DNA from: Planctomycetota bacterium
Lineage (GTDB): Bacteria > Planctomycetota > GCA-002687715 > DRQF01
Assembly: GCA_036479435.1 (NCBI GenBank)
Contig: JAZGFI010000090.1
Coordinates: 1 to 64,000, forward strand
Length of the DNA: 64,000 bases
Direction of reading: 5' to 3'
The translations under genes and the position numbers were made by a program. The notes under the pieces were generated by a model. It did not search any database, was not told the DNA's origin, and saw only the letters and a program-made list of their open reading frames with translations. How positions within the stretch are numbered: the first letter of the stretch is position 1; the number at the start of each line of letters is the position of its first letter. Below are positions 10,467 through 20,039 of the stretch, piece by piece.

Positions 10467-11145
10467 ATGTTTCGCTTGACGATGATCTTCGCCTTTGCTG
10501 CCGTCTTGTCTATCGCGTCGGGTGCACCAAAAGCTGACTCGGCGCCAAAGGCGAGAGGGCTGTTCAGCGACAATCAAAACTCCCCAGCGTGTTGCCTCAT
10601 CCGACCGTGTTAACGAAGGGGTCCGACTATTGGTGGATCGACGGCCGCCGCCGTCGCCGTTCGCCGGTGCCGCAAGGGATCTTGGTGAGCGGCCTCGACT
10701 CTCGAGGTCATTCCTTGGTGACTTGGTACGGCACTAAGGAGCCAACGAAGTCCCGTTCCTTGGCACGCAAACAGCTCGCTGACTTCGGCCCGGATCGCCG
10801 CATCTCACGCTGGAACTAAAAGGCGAGCTTGTAGTGTTTGACGCCCGATACAACGCGATCGTTGTGCTTCAAGACCCTGACGGCGACCGCAATTTCGGTC
10901 TCGCGAATTTCCGGTCTGTCATCCCAATCGCCAAGAGTGGATTCAGCTTTGAACGCCTGCAAGATTTGGAGTCGTTTCAGGTTATTGAGGGGCACGCCGC
11001 TTGGTGTTTCGACCGGTACGATAACGGCGAAGGGCTTGGACCCCTGTACTACGTCGTTTACGCCAAAAACGGACGCTACGTCCTAAAGGCTCACCTAAAA
11101 GGCGACGCGCCGCGGCGCTCGGCGGCCTACTTCAAAGGGAAGTAG
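10467..11145 (+). pseudogene. Probable single secreted protein split into three frames (two apparent 1-nt deletions)
   Basis: The signal-peptide ORF (MFRLTMIFAFAAVLSIASG), 10589-10819 and 10834-11145 tile consecutively, each shifted by -1; the later frames are open upstream of their nominal starts. Confidence 0.5.
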
Positions 11146-11198
11146 ATAACTCGGCTCTGCGCACCTTATTGTCGCTGCCGCGTGCGCCTAGGTAAGTG

Positions 11199-13889
11199 CT
11201 AGTTGCCGTGGACTCCGTACCGCTCGCGCAGACGCGCCATGGCTGCCGCCACGAGGGACGCGAAATCATCGGGGACCAACAGCTTGATAGTTTGGCTCGA
11301 AGCTGAAGTGACGTCAAAGGTGAGGCTTTTGCGGGGGAGCGTTACGCCCGTGCCGAAAGCGCCTTTTTCAGATTTGTGAAGTACATGCAAGGTGAGATTT
11401 TGGGGGCCGAGTCCGGCGACGGAGAATTCTGCCCTGAAAGAGTCGTCAAGAACCACCGGGCCTTGGAATACTGGGCGTTTACCTAGGGCTTGGCAGTGGA
11501 AACTCAGCGACTCATTCTTGCCCAATTTCGGCAAGTTGCCGATGAGCTGCACCGTCACCTTTGGAGCGAGCGAGAAGATAACAGTGGTCTTGCCGGGTAC
11601 GACTTTCTGGGATTGGCTTAGGTAGCCTGGGCAAGAAAAAAGCAGCTGCAGTTTCTCATCCATGACGTCCAAGTTGTGAACTGAGTTGTGCGCGCGGGTA
11701 CGCAGGGGCACACGCCCACTTTGCTCTTGATCCGATAAGATCATGACTTTGCGCAGAGGGTCGCCTTTTTCATTGCTGAACTCGAAGGTGTAGCGCTTGA
11801 AGTCCACTTTGATGGGTACTTTGCCAAGGTCAGTCGTTGTTCCCGCGACGAATTGTAGCTTGACGAGTTCGGTAAGGGGATGCCCCTGCTGCGTTACGAT
11901 CTGAAAGTTGTATGCGCCCGGCTTGAGTTCCCTTTCTTGGATCTTGCCGCCTCTGGGCAAGCCACTCCAGCCATATCCTTGCTCGTCTGCGGGGCGGAGA
12001 CTATAGGCCAGAGTTGAAAGTTTGACGTTTTCATCCGCAACAACCTGAGCGACGAAGGAAGCCGCTTGAGCCAGGACGAGTACAAGGTTGCTCTGGCCGA
12101 GTTCACAGGCAACTTCTTGCGCCTTGAGAAAACCGGTTTTCGAGGCAGCGGCGAACAGGCCCTTGGTCGTCGAGTCAAACAGATACCCGCGGATTTGAAA
12201 GGTCCCGTCTTCCTTGGAGCGGTTGTTTAGATGCCCGAGCAAGGCGTTGTTGTAGTGACCAGGGAAGTGATCCGGCGCATTGGGAACAGCAATGAGCCGT
12301 GATAACGAAAATTGAGCGCCTTCGATCGGATCACCCGACGAACTGACGACGCGGCCCGCCACAAGGACCGGCGCTAGGGTCGCTCGAATGGCGCCCAAAT
12401 CCAATTCGCCGGTCTTGAGTCGCTCAGTCAGATCAACACGGATTTGAGGTCGAAGGTCCAAACCCACATTGCGATTTCTTTCGGTCAACTCGAAAATGAC
12501 GGTTTGGCCGGGGACCGGTTCTGCATCTGACTCCGAGAGAACAAGTCGGAATTTCCCCTGGGAGTCGGTGTCGAGGTTGCTTCCGTGGCTGCTGCGCCCA
12601 CTATTGCTTCGGGTCGCAACAATACGGTACTGGTACGCTTGATTCGTGATGGCATCACCGTTTTCATCGACGATGTGGCCCGTGATTACCGACGCCTTCT
12701 TGGCCCAGGCGAGCGTTTTCGAAAGCACTTCCGCGTTTGCAGTTGGCCCGTCAAATTCGAATGAGCGTGAAGCGACATCACTTTCTCGGCTCGGTGAGCA
12801 AGTCGCGTTGACCGTGAGGTTGAGGCCAACTGGCCCCATCTTCAGCATTCCGTTTGAGGTTGATCCCACGATCACTTGCCGCATCGTTTCGAGATCCGGC
12901 CGTTCGTGCCGCTTGTGTGCGTGACGCAGCGAAATGTTCACTTTGTCGCCGAGCGCCTTTTGATTTGGTCCAACTAGAGAAAGATCAATCCAGCCCAATT
13001 CTGGAAGCTGAATGATCTGGGGTTGCTCCGATGTCGTCGATTCTTCAGCCTCGATAGCCAGGTTCTTTCTAAACAAACCCATGACGTGCCAGCTGTATTT
13101 TTCGGCATTGCCTTGGGAATGGGGTTGGCCGAACTTGGGGGCGATCTCAATCTTGGCGAGACCAGTGCGGTCAGTGGGCGTTGATTGGCCGCCGAAAGAC
13201 GATCTCTGAGAAGAGGGTAAGAGTTTGAGATGGAATCCGCTTAGAGGTTGCCCCTGCGCATCGAGGACTTTGGCATAAAAGTTCTTTTTGAGCGTGACGC
13301 TAATGACCAAGGTGGCGGTCGTTTGTGAATCAGTAGGGGCCGCTTCGGCATCGGTACCTTCGGCTGATTTCAAGCGAGCGTTGCCCGCGTACCGTGCGTC
13401 ATCCACCAAGAAAGTGAGGCGTCGGTTGGATAGTCGCGCGAGTATCTCGCCCTGTGAACCCGTCTCGAAACGTTCGCAAAGAGCTTTCATCATCGCCCGT
13501 CGATCCCGCGCCAACTCCGGATGCTCCTTAATGAAGGCCTCAGCCCGAGTTCTCATCTCAGGAGTTTCGTCAGCCACGAAAATTCCGATTCCCTCGAGAG
13601 GACGCTCTGACTCCGCGTCCAGAACCCTCAAGAGGACAAGCCGGGTGTTTTGCAGATCAACCGCAGTTGACTTTGAACCAGGAGCTGGCGCTTCGTCTTT
13701 GAGTGGCTTCTCAAATAACTTTGGAAGATGGCGCCGTGCGGCCCCCGTCTCCTCAGTTTGGTCGTCTTGGAGTGGCGTGCTCTCGTTTGGCGTCAGCTCT
13801 TCGGCGTCGGAGCCGAGGTTCAAGTACAAAAACGCCGCAGCGCCCGCCAGGGCGACGAACACGCACAGCCATAGGATGGGGTTTTTCAC
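11199..13889 (-). CDS. Membrane-anchored protein with repeated beta-sandwich (carboxypeptidase-regulatory-like) domains
   Basis: N-terminal TM; repeated motifs VLDAESERPLEG, VLDAQGQPLSG, GHIVDENGDAI, GRVVSSSGDPIEGA; GTG start after GGAG. Confidence 0.75.
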   Translation of the reverse strand: MKNPILWLCVFVALAGAAAFLYLNLGSDAEELTPNESTPLQDDQTEETGAARRHLPKLFEKPLKDEAPAPGSKSTAVDLQNTRLVLLRVLDAESERPLEGIGIFVADETPEMRTRAEAFIKEHPELARDRRAMMKALCERFETGSQGEILARLSNRRLTFLVDDARYAGNARLKSAEGTDAEAAPTDSQTTATLVISVTLKKNFYAKVLDAQGQPLSGFHLKLLPSSQRSSFGGQSTPTDRTGLAKIEIAPKFGQPHSQGNAEKYSWHVMGLFRKNLAIEAEESTTSEQPQIIQLPELGWIDLSLVGPNQKALGDKVNISLRHAHKRHERPDLETMRQVIVGSTSNGMLKMGPVGLNLTVNATCSPSRESDVASRSFEFDGPTANAEVLSKTLAWAKKASVITGHIVDENGDAITNQAYQYRIVATRSNSGRSSHGSNLDTDSQGKFRLVLSESDAEPVPGQTVIFELTERNRNVGLDLRPQIRVDLTERLKTGELDLGAIRATLAPVLVAGRVVSSSGDPIEGAQFSLSRLIAVPNAPDHFPGHYNNALLGHLNNRSKEDGTFQIRGYLFDSTTKGLFAAASKTGFLKAQEVACELGQSNLVLVLAQAASFVAQVVADENVKLSTLAYSLRPADEQGYGWSGLPRGGKIQERELKPGAYNFQIVTQQGHPLTELVKLQFVAGTTTDLGKVPIKVDFKRYTFEFSNEKGDPLRKVMILSDQEQSGRVPLRTRAHNSVHNLDVMDEKLQLLFSCPGYLSQSQKVVPGKTTVIFSLAPKVTVQLIGNLPKLGKNESLSFHCQALGKRPVFQGPVVLDDSFRAEFSVAGLGPQNLTLHVLHKSEKGAFGTGVTLPRKSLTFDVTSASSQTIKLLVPDDFASLVAAAMARLRERYGVHGN

Positions 13890-13986
13890 GACTGATTCTC
13901 CGACGCCCTAAGTCCGCTTGATCATAGCCGTGCTCGAGGGCTTTGTCACCAGGGGGCAAGTGGATCGACGAGCTATTAGTTACTGG

Positions 13987-15042
13987 CTATGGTTTAGGGC
14001 CCAGGGTTTTTTGCACTGCTGCCGCGAATTCGCTGAGGCTCATCGCTGATGGCTTGGGCTTGATGGCGGGGGCGAGCAGCTTGGTGATGAGCTTCTTCGC
14101 CGCGTGATTGAGGTTGAGGTCGGCTTGGTTGAGCGGCAGGTTGCGAGTCTTGGCGTCGCGGTGTTCTTTGAGGTCGAGGAGTTTGGCGGCGAAGGCCTTG
14201 TTGCGGGTGCGAGCCAAAAGGCGCAGGGCCCAACAAAAGTGTCGGATCTGATCGCTGTTGTCTTGGAATCGCGGGTGGAAGCCGCGGTCGCGAAAACGGC
14301 CGGGACGGTAGTAAGCGGTTTTGGATTTGCGCAGGGCGTCCAAGTCGCGATCGCTGAAGATCAAGACGAGGTCGGCCGTCAGCGCGTCGGCTTGAGGCTT
14401 TCCCTTCGGGAGGGCGTCGAGAAACAGGGTCTCCCAGTGTAGGACCTCTAAGAAGTCCTCAAGGTCGTTGCGCCCGGGCGTCCGACACAAGCGGTCCGCG
14501 ACGAGCGACAAGATACTGCGGCGCAGGTCGGCATCTTTTAGTTGCGGAATGACTTGTTTGGCTTCGCGTTCTAAGAAAGTTCGGATGGACACGGGGTCGC
14601 CGACTTGGATCCAGGTCTTGAGGTAGCTCGCCGCGGTGGTGGCCAGTTGCGCGACGGGGGCGCCGGGCGAAGCGGAAGGGCGAATGGCAGTTAGCCATCG
14701 CTCAAAAGGATTCTTGAAGCGCTTGTGGATGGCCGCTCGATAAGACCGACCGCCTAGCCAAGATTTGATCTTGGCATCTCGATCTACAGCCTTAGCGCGA
14801 CCAGTAAATTTGTACTCATAGGCCTGGAGTTTTTCTTCGATGTCGGGCAGTTTTTGGCGAAGCGATCGCTCTGCCTGGGCCAGGCGCTTGTTGGCGATTT
14901 CAATTGCCGTTGAGGTCGGCTGGCGTACTGGTTCTTGGGCGCAGATCGTCAGCGGCAGCACTAAGGCCAGGATGAGGAAAACTCCGATCTGGCATTTGCG
15001 GTGGTTCACGGCGGTTCGCTTTTGAGGGTGCAAAGAAAACAT
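13987..15042 (-). CDS. Hypothetical exported protein
   Basis: Signal-like segment GVFLILALVLPLTICAQE. Real start is 15042 (ATG) or 15009 (GTG); the longer ORF-track start overlaps the divergent gene. Confidence 0.7.
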   Translation of the reverse strand: MFSLHPQKRTAVNHRKCQIGVFLILALVLPLTICAQEPVRQPTSTAIEIANKRLAQAERSLRQKLPDIEEKLQAYEYKFTGRAKAVDRDAKIKSWLGGRSYRAAIHKRFKNPFERWLTAIRPSASPGAPVAQLATTAASYLKTWIQVGDPVSIRTFLEREAKQVIPQLKDADLRRSILSLVADRLCRTPGRNDLEDFLEVLHWETLFLDALPKGKPQADALTADLVLIFSDRDLDALRKSKTAYYRPGRFRDRGFHPRFQDNSDQIRHFCWALRLLARTRNKAFAAKLLDLKEHRDAKTRNLPLNQADLNLNHAAKKLITKLLAPAIKPKPSAMSLSEFAAAVQKTLGPKP

Positions 15043-15160
15043 GGCTGTTGTTGGGTTTCCAGGGCCTATCGCAAAAGAAGCTTGATCTGCTTTCAAAACC
15101 AAGATTCGAATTCGGTTAAGTTGTGCACGGATCTCACCACGCCGAGGCAAGAGGTGGAAG

Positions 15161-16330
15161 ATGAAACGTCGAAATTTGTTCAAGAACACGGCCGCCGCAC
15201 TGGGAGCGGGCGTGGCCGGCTCGCGAGCCTGGACCGGACTTGCTGAAGAGAGTGAGAGCATGATCAACGAGGTCTTAAAAACCGGTCCGGTCAAATTCAC
15301 ACGCGATAACTTGGACCTTGAGCCTGCGGAGTACGCGTCGTTGTTGGCGACATTGGCCAAGGCGCCAGGAATTGCGAGCGACTCCTATTCCTTGGGCGGG
15401 GTGGTCCAAGAACTGGAGCAAAAGATTGCGACGAGGCTTGGCAAAGAAGCTGCGATCTTCATGCCGACGGGGACTTTGGCCAATCAGCTCGCGGTTACGG
15501 CGCAGAGTGGGCCAAAAAGTCGGCGCGTGCTGGCCTTAGCGAAGAGTCATCTGTTCAACGACGCTGGGGATGGCACGCAAGCTTTAGGGGCCTTGTCGGT
15601 CATCCCAATCGGGGGGGAGGAAGCTACTTTCTCCTTGGAAGCGGTGAAGGCAGAAGTCGCGCGCTGTGCGCAGAGCAAGGTGGCCCTTCGGATTGGAACG
15701 ATTGCTATCGAATCGCCCGTTCGCCGTTGTGACAACCAGCGTTTTGGTTTTGACGAACTAAAAAGCATCGCGACCTTCGCTCGTGAAGAAAAAATCGCCG
15801 TGCATTTGGACGGCGCCCGCCTGTTCATTGAGTCAGCCTACTCCGGCATCGACGTCGCCGAGTACGCGCGCCATTGCGATTCGGTTTACGTTTCACTCTA
15901 CAAGTGTTTTCACTCGGCATCGGGCGCGGTGTTGGCGGGTCCGAGCTCAATGATTGAGGGCCTTTATCACCAACGGCGGATGTACGGCGGGGGCGTGCCG
16001 CAAGCCTGGCCCTATGCGGCGGTGGCGCTGGCCTTTGTGGACGGCATGACGGAACGCCTGGGGTCGGCCGTCCAGGTTTTCGAGGACTTTAAGAAGGCTC
16101 TGAAGCCTAAGACCGATTTCCTATTCGAGCCGATCTCGAATGGTACCAACGTCAGTTTACTGACCTTGCGTCGCGGGAACGCGCATTCGTTTCGGAGCAA
16201 ACTCCGTGAACGCGACATTCACCTTCCCGCTCCGGATGCCAACACTGGCGTCTTCAAGCTGAAGACGAACGAGACCCTAAACCGCTCGAACGCCAAAGAC
16301 CTCGCCGAGGCTTTTGAATCCTGTCTTTGA
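15161..16330 (+). CDS. PLP-dependent threonine aldolase / beta-eliminating lyase family protein with twin-arginine signal
   Basis: GKEAAIFMPTGTLANQLA, HLDGAR and PLP-lysine SLYK; N-terminus MKRRNLFK plus a hydrophobic stretch; GAGGTGG RBS. Confidence 0.88.
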   Translation: MKRRNLFKNTAAALGAGVAGSRAWTGLAEESESMINEVLKTGPVKFTRDNLDLEPAEYASLLATLAKAPGIASDSYSLGGVVQELEQKIATRLGKEAAIFMPTGTLANQLAVTAQSGPKSRRVLALAKSHLFNDAGDGTQALGALSVIPIGGEEATFSLEAVKAEVARCAQSKVALRIGTIAIESPVRRCDNQRFGFDELKSIATFAREEKIAVHLDGARLFIESAYSGIDVAEYARHCDSVYVSLYKCFHSASGAVLAGPSSMIEGLYHQRRMYGGGVPQAWPYAAVALAFVDGMTERLGSAVQVFEDFKKALKPKTDFLFEPISNGTNVSLLTLRRGNAHSFRSKLRERDIHLPAPDANTGVFKLKTNETLNRSNAKDLAEAFESCL

Positions 16331-16373
16331 ATCCCGGAATCTGTCTTCATTCTCAACCAGGAAATCGACAACC

Positions 16374-18599
16374 GTGGTGACTCCCCACAAACTGAACGTT
16401 CGCCAATGCCTCGTCTTTGCGGCCACGATGTTCGCGCTGTTCGCGACGACGGTGAGACTCGACGCTCAAAGCCGGCTCGCGATCATCGGGGGCACCCTCA
16501 TCGATGTGAGTGATTTCGGCCGGTCTACAAAAGACCTGAAGGGCCAACTCATTCTCTGCGAGGACGGCAAGATCACCCGAGTCGGGCCGCTTGAAGGCAT
16601 GGAGGTGCCCAAAGGCTTTGTGACGATCGACGCGCGCGGCAAGTACATCGTGCCGGGTCTCGTCGATGGTTTCGCGGTCCTCAACAACCAGTCCTACGCT
16701 CAGGCTTACTTGGCGATGGGCGTGACCTCGATCCTGGGTGTCGGCGGTGGGCGGCGTGGCCCGATGTTTTTCGAAGCCGATCCAGGGCCCACGATTTATC
16801 CCTTGGAAGATGTAGGTTACGAGGAGAAGTCTTTAGACGATCACCTCGACCGCTTGCAGCAGATTGCCGATGAGGGGGCCAAAGTTGCCTTGCTCATGTA
16901 TCGCTTGCCTCCGGCGAAGCTGCGGGCTTTGGCACAACGGGCTCGTGAGTTGGGCTTGGCGACCATCGGGGAACTCGCTCAAACGAAGTATTTGGAAGGG
17001 GCTGATTGCGGCATCGACGCTTTCGTTCACACCACGCGCTACAGCTTGGGCCTGGCGAGCGACGATCTTATCGCGGGCATCGCCCAAGAGCCCTTTAGTA
17101 ACGGCCTCGCGAGTCCTAAGTGGCGTTACTACCGCTGGCTTTCCGAGCTTAAGGCCGGCGACGAGAGAATTGCCGCCTACGCCGGCAAGCTTGCGAAGTC
17201 GGGGGCGTTCTTGATTCCCACCGCAGGCCTTTTGTACTTGCATCAACCGGAGGTTCGAAATCCCTGGACTTATCCCGTAGCCAAGCTCCTCGATGCGAAA
17301 GACATCAACAAACCCGCGGACAAAAAGACCGGCATCCCCGACTGGACGCCCGCGCAGCTTGATTCCTACCGGGCCTTGGCGCGCGCCAGTGAGCACATTG
17401 AAAAAACCAATCGCGCGGCGGGATGTCGTTACCTCGCAGGCAGCGGTACCGACGTTTGGGGTACGATGCCGGGGATCAGTTTGCATACGGAACTGGAAGC
17501 GCTCGTCCGATTCGGCATGAACCCGCGGGAAGCACTCGCCGCGGCGACGTCGAACTTCGCTGCGGCTTACCGTTGGCATGAGCTGGGCGCAATTCAGCCG
17601 GGTTGCCGCGCCGATATCCTCATCCTCAACGAAGACCCCCGAAAAGATGTGAGAAACCTTCAGGCGATTCATCGTGTTGTCGCTAAGGGCGCGGTCCTTG
17701 ATCCTAAAGTGCTGATGGAAAAGCCCGGTCTGAACAACGGGGTCATTTTGGATTCGAATCCCTGGACTTGTCCTGAGCGATGGCGAAGAAAAGGCGACGA
17801 CTACTTGGATTCAGTTTCGGTGACGAAGATGAGTTACCGAAGCAACTCCCTCGAAGTAAAGGGCGTCATCGCGCAACCCCGCGCGCCGGGGAAATACCCT
17901 TGTGTGATTTACCTTCGGGGCGGCAACCGAGAATTTGGGCAGATCAACGACCGGAAGATTGCGCGCGGTCTCGCTCGGATCGCCAGCTGGGGCTACGCCG
18001 TCGTCGGGAGCCAGTATCGCGGCGTGGACGGTGGGACAGGTTTGGAGGAGTTCGGCGGGGTAGAGGTCAACGACGTTCTCAATCTCATTCGGCTGTTGGA
18101 AGGCTTACCCAAGGCTGATACTAAACGTATCGGCCTTTACGGCGGTAGCCGTGGCGGCATGATGTTGTACTTGGCCATGAAGGCTAGCGATCGTTTTTCT
18201 GGGGCTGTGGTGCGGGCTGGGCTGGCGGATCTCGATCGCTGGCGCCGCGAGCGGCCGGGCATCAAATCTGTTCTGCGGGAGTTTCCCGGGCTATGACCCC
18301 CATGGCGACACAGGGCTCAAGGAGCGCTCCGTTGTTCATTGGGCCGAAAAACTAAAAGTAAGGCGCCGATTCTGATCTTCCACGGTACGGCAGACTGGCG
18401 CATCCTCCCGGGGTCGAGTTTCGCCGCGGCGAAAGCGCTTCAACAATGCCGACACCCCTATCGTTTAGTGATGCTCGAAGGCAGCGATCACAGTTTGAGT
18501 GAGCACGCCCGAGAGGTCTATGCTTCGACCAAGACCTGGTTGGATAAGTACGTCCGCGACAAAGAGCCGAGCCCCGATTTGAAACCGCATGGCCGCTAA
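16374..18599 (+). CDS. Exported amidohydrolase-like / S9 (prolyl oligopeptidase family) serine peptidase fusion, interrupted by two frameshifts at ~18285 and ~18355
   Basis: N-terminal half has IDARGKYIVPGLVD, AGSGTD and GAIQPGCRADILIL. C-terminal half has YLRGGNREFG, nucleophile GGSRGG, then HGTADWR and GSDH in the 18339-18599 ORF. A bridging frame encodes PGYDPHGDTGLKERSVVHWAEKL. Confidence 0.8.
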
Positions 18600-18602
18600 C
18601 CT

Positions 18603-19052
18603 CTAGAGCCAGCGGCGGACCGATGCGCGGTAGTTGAAATAGGTCTCGCCGAAGTTTTTGAGGAGCACTTTTTCTTCGACCTGCACGAATCGCGTGCGGA
18701 TGATGAGGAAAAAGATCGGCGGCACGACGAGCGGGCTGAGGCTTCCGAGGCCGATAGCGGCACCCGCAAGAATCGCCATCATCGCCAAGTACATCGGATT
18801 TCGGCTGAGTCGAAAAACCCCGCTGGTGACGAGGTGACTTGGAATCCGAAAGGGGATGACCGTGGTGTGGTGACGCCGAAAAGTGAGCGCAGCCCAGAGG
18901 ATGGTGGCAAGTCCCATTCCGATCGGAATCCAGCCCAGTTGATTCCAGGGAGCTCGGACGATGACGAGGATCGGCGCTAAGAAATTGAGAGCCACCATCG
19001 TGAGGAGGCTCGCCGCCAAGTACACCGGCGGGAGGATGCGACGTTTCTTCAT
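18603..19052 (-). CDS. Isoprenylcysteine carboxyl methyltransferase / PEMT family membrane protein
   Basis: LVTSGVFRLSRNPMYL and EEKVLLKNFGETY..YRASVRRWL; several TM segments. Confidence 0.92.
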   Translation of the reverse strand: MKKRRILPPVYLAASLLTMVALNFLAPILVIVRAPWNQLGWIPIGMGLATILWAALTFRRHHTTVIPFRIPSHLVTSGVFRLSRNPMYLAMMAILAGAAIGLGSLSPLVVPPIFFLIIRTRFVQVEEKVLLKNFGETYFNYRASVRRWL

Positions 19053-19155
19053 GGCAGTCTTAGAGTCCGACTAAAGGCTGATTTGGCGAAGGGAGAGAGG
19101 TTCGAAGCCCCGGTAGTACAACCGATGGGAAGGACGAGAGTCAGGTCAGGGGGTA

Positions 19156-19188
19156 GAGGAGGGAGGTGAGGAGGGAGGTGAGGAGGGA
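19156..19188. repeat. Purine-rich 12-bp tandem repeat (gaggagggaggt x2.75)
   Basis: Units at 19156-19167 and 19168-19179, partial unit at 19180-19188. Confidence 0.85.
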
Positions 19189-19353
19189 ACTCTCGTGAGG
19201 CGCGGATTTACGGGACCATGTCAGTTGGGGGACGTTGTGATACACCGCGCTGAAGGACGGCAGCACCGCCGGGGATCGAAAACTCTCAATTGCCAAAGAA
19301 GGAGCGAAAGGCATCAACCTAGGGCCAAAGGACCTAAGTGGAATCTCGTCGGA

Positions 19354-19947
19354 TTAAAACCGGCGGATGACTCCGATGACCACTCCTTGAATCTTCACTT
19401 CTGTCGCGGGACGAATGATGGCACTCATCGCCGCATTAGCCGGTTCGAGTCGCACGCGGTTGCCTTCTAAAAAGAAGTGCTTGAGCGTCGCCTCTTGGTC
19501 GCCGATGAGCGCGACGACGGTTTCGCCGTTGCGGGCCTGATCGCGCGATTCGCAAACGACGAGGTCGCCGTCTTGAATGTGTTCTTCGATCATCGAGTTG
19601 CCCTTCACCTCCAAGACGAAGACGTCTCGGTCGTCGGGGAAAAGGCCGTCGAAGTCGAAGCGCTCGCCGTTGTCGACGGCTTCAATGGGCATACCCGCGG
19701 CGATGCGACCGCAAAGACGGATGTCGGGCCAGCGGGTCTCAGCTTGGGTGTCGACCAATTCGATCGAGCGGGCGCGATTGCGTTCGGTGCGCAGCAAGCC
19801 TTTGGACTCGAGCGCCTTGATGTGCTCGCGGGCGGTGACGGAGCTGACGCCGAAGCGTTGACCGATTTCATCCAAAGTGGGGGCAAAGCCCATATCGCGG
19901 ATGTGTTCGGCGACGAAGTCGTAAATCTTCGCCTGCTTGGGCGTCAT
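19354..19947 (-). CDS. lexA: SOS repressor LexA
   Basis: wHTH (TPKQ..IYDF...GFAPTLDEIG...HIKALESKG), Ala-Gly cleavage site IAAG, catalytic Ser in GNSM and Lys in ATLK; ATG 19947 after AAGGTG. Confidence 0.96.
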   Translation of the reverse strand: MTPKQAKIYDFVAEHIRDMGFAPTLDEIGQRFGVSSVTAREHIKALESKGLLRTERNRARSIELVDTQAETRWPDIRLCGRIAAGMPIEAVDNGERFDFDGLFPDDRDVFVLEVKGNSMIEEHIQDGDLVVCESRDQARNGETVVALIGDQEATLKHFFLEGNRVRLEPANAAMSAIIRPATEVKIQGVVIGVIRRF

Positions 19948-19955
19948 CGCCACCT

Positions 19956-20039
19956 TTAGAGCGCCCAGGCCAGGGCCATGAGGGCCGCGATGCCACAGGT
20001 CGTGAGCAGGTCTTGGCAAATGCGTCGGGTCATCGTCAT
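19956..20039 (-). CDS. Small hydrophobic ORF (27 aa, MTMTRRICQDLLTTCGIAALMALAWAL) directly upstream of lexA
   Basis: GGAG RBS 6 nt before the ATG; its TAA merges with the lexA RBS (TAAAGGTG). Below the ORF-track size cutoff. Confidence 0.55.
   Translation of the reverse strand: MTMTRRICQDLLTTCGIAALMALAWAL

Noticed and set aside
9207..11200. Integron cassette array around the TA module
   Set aside because: No attC-type RYYYAAC...GTTRRRY boundaries were recognised and no integron integrase is nearby.
15043..15360. Extended N-terminus of the 457-aa minus-strand ORF
   Set aside because: It overlaps the divergent aldolase gene; the signal peptide indicates a start near 15009-15042.
19195..19470. 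91-aa + strand ORF behind the strong SD-like purine repeat
   Set aside because: It overlaps lexA antisense and has no recognisable protein features.
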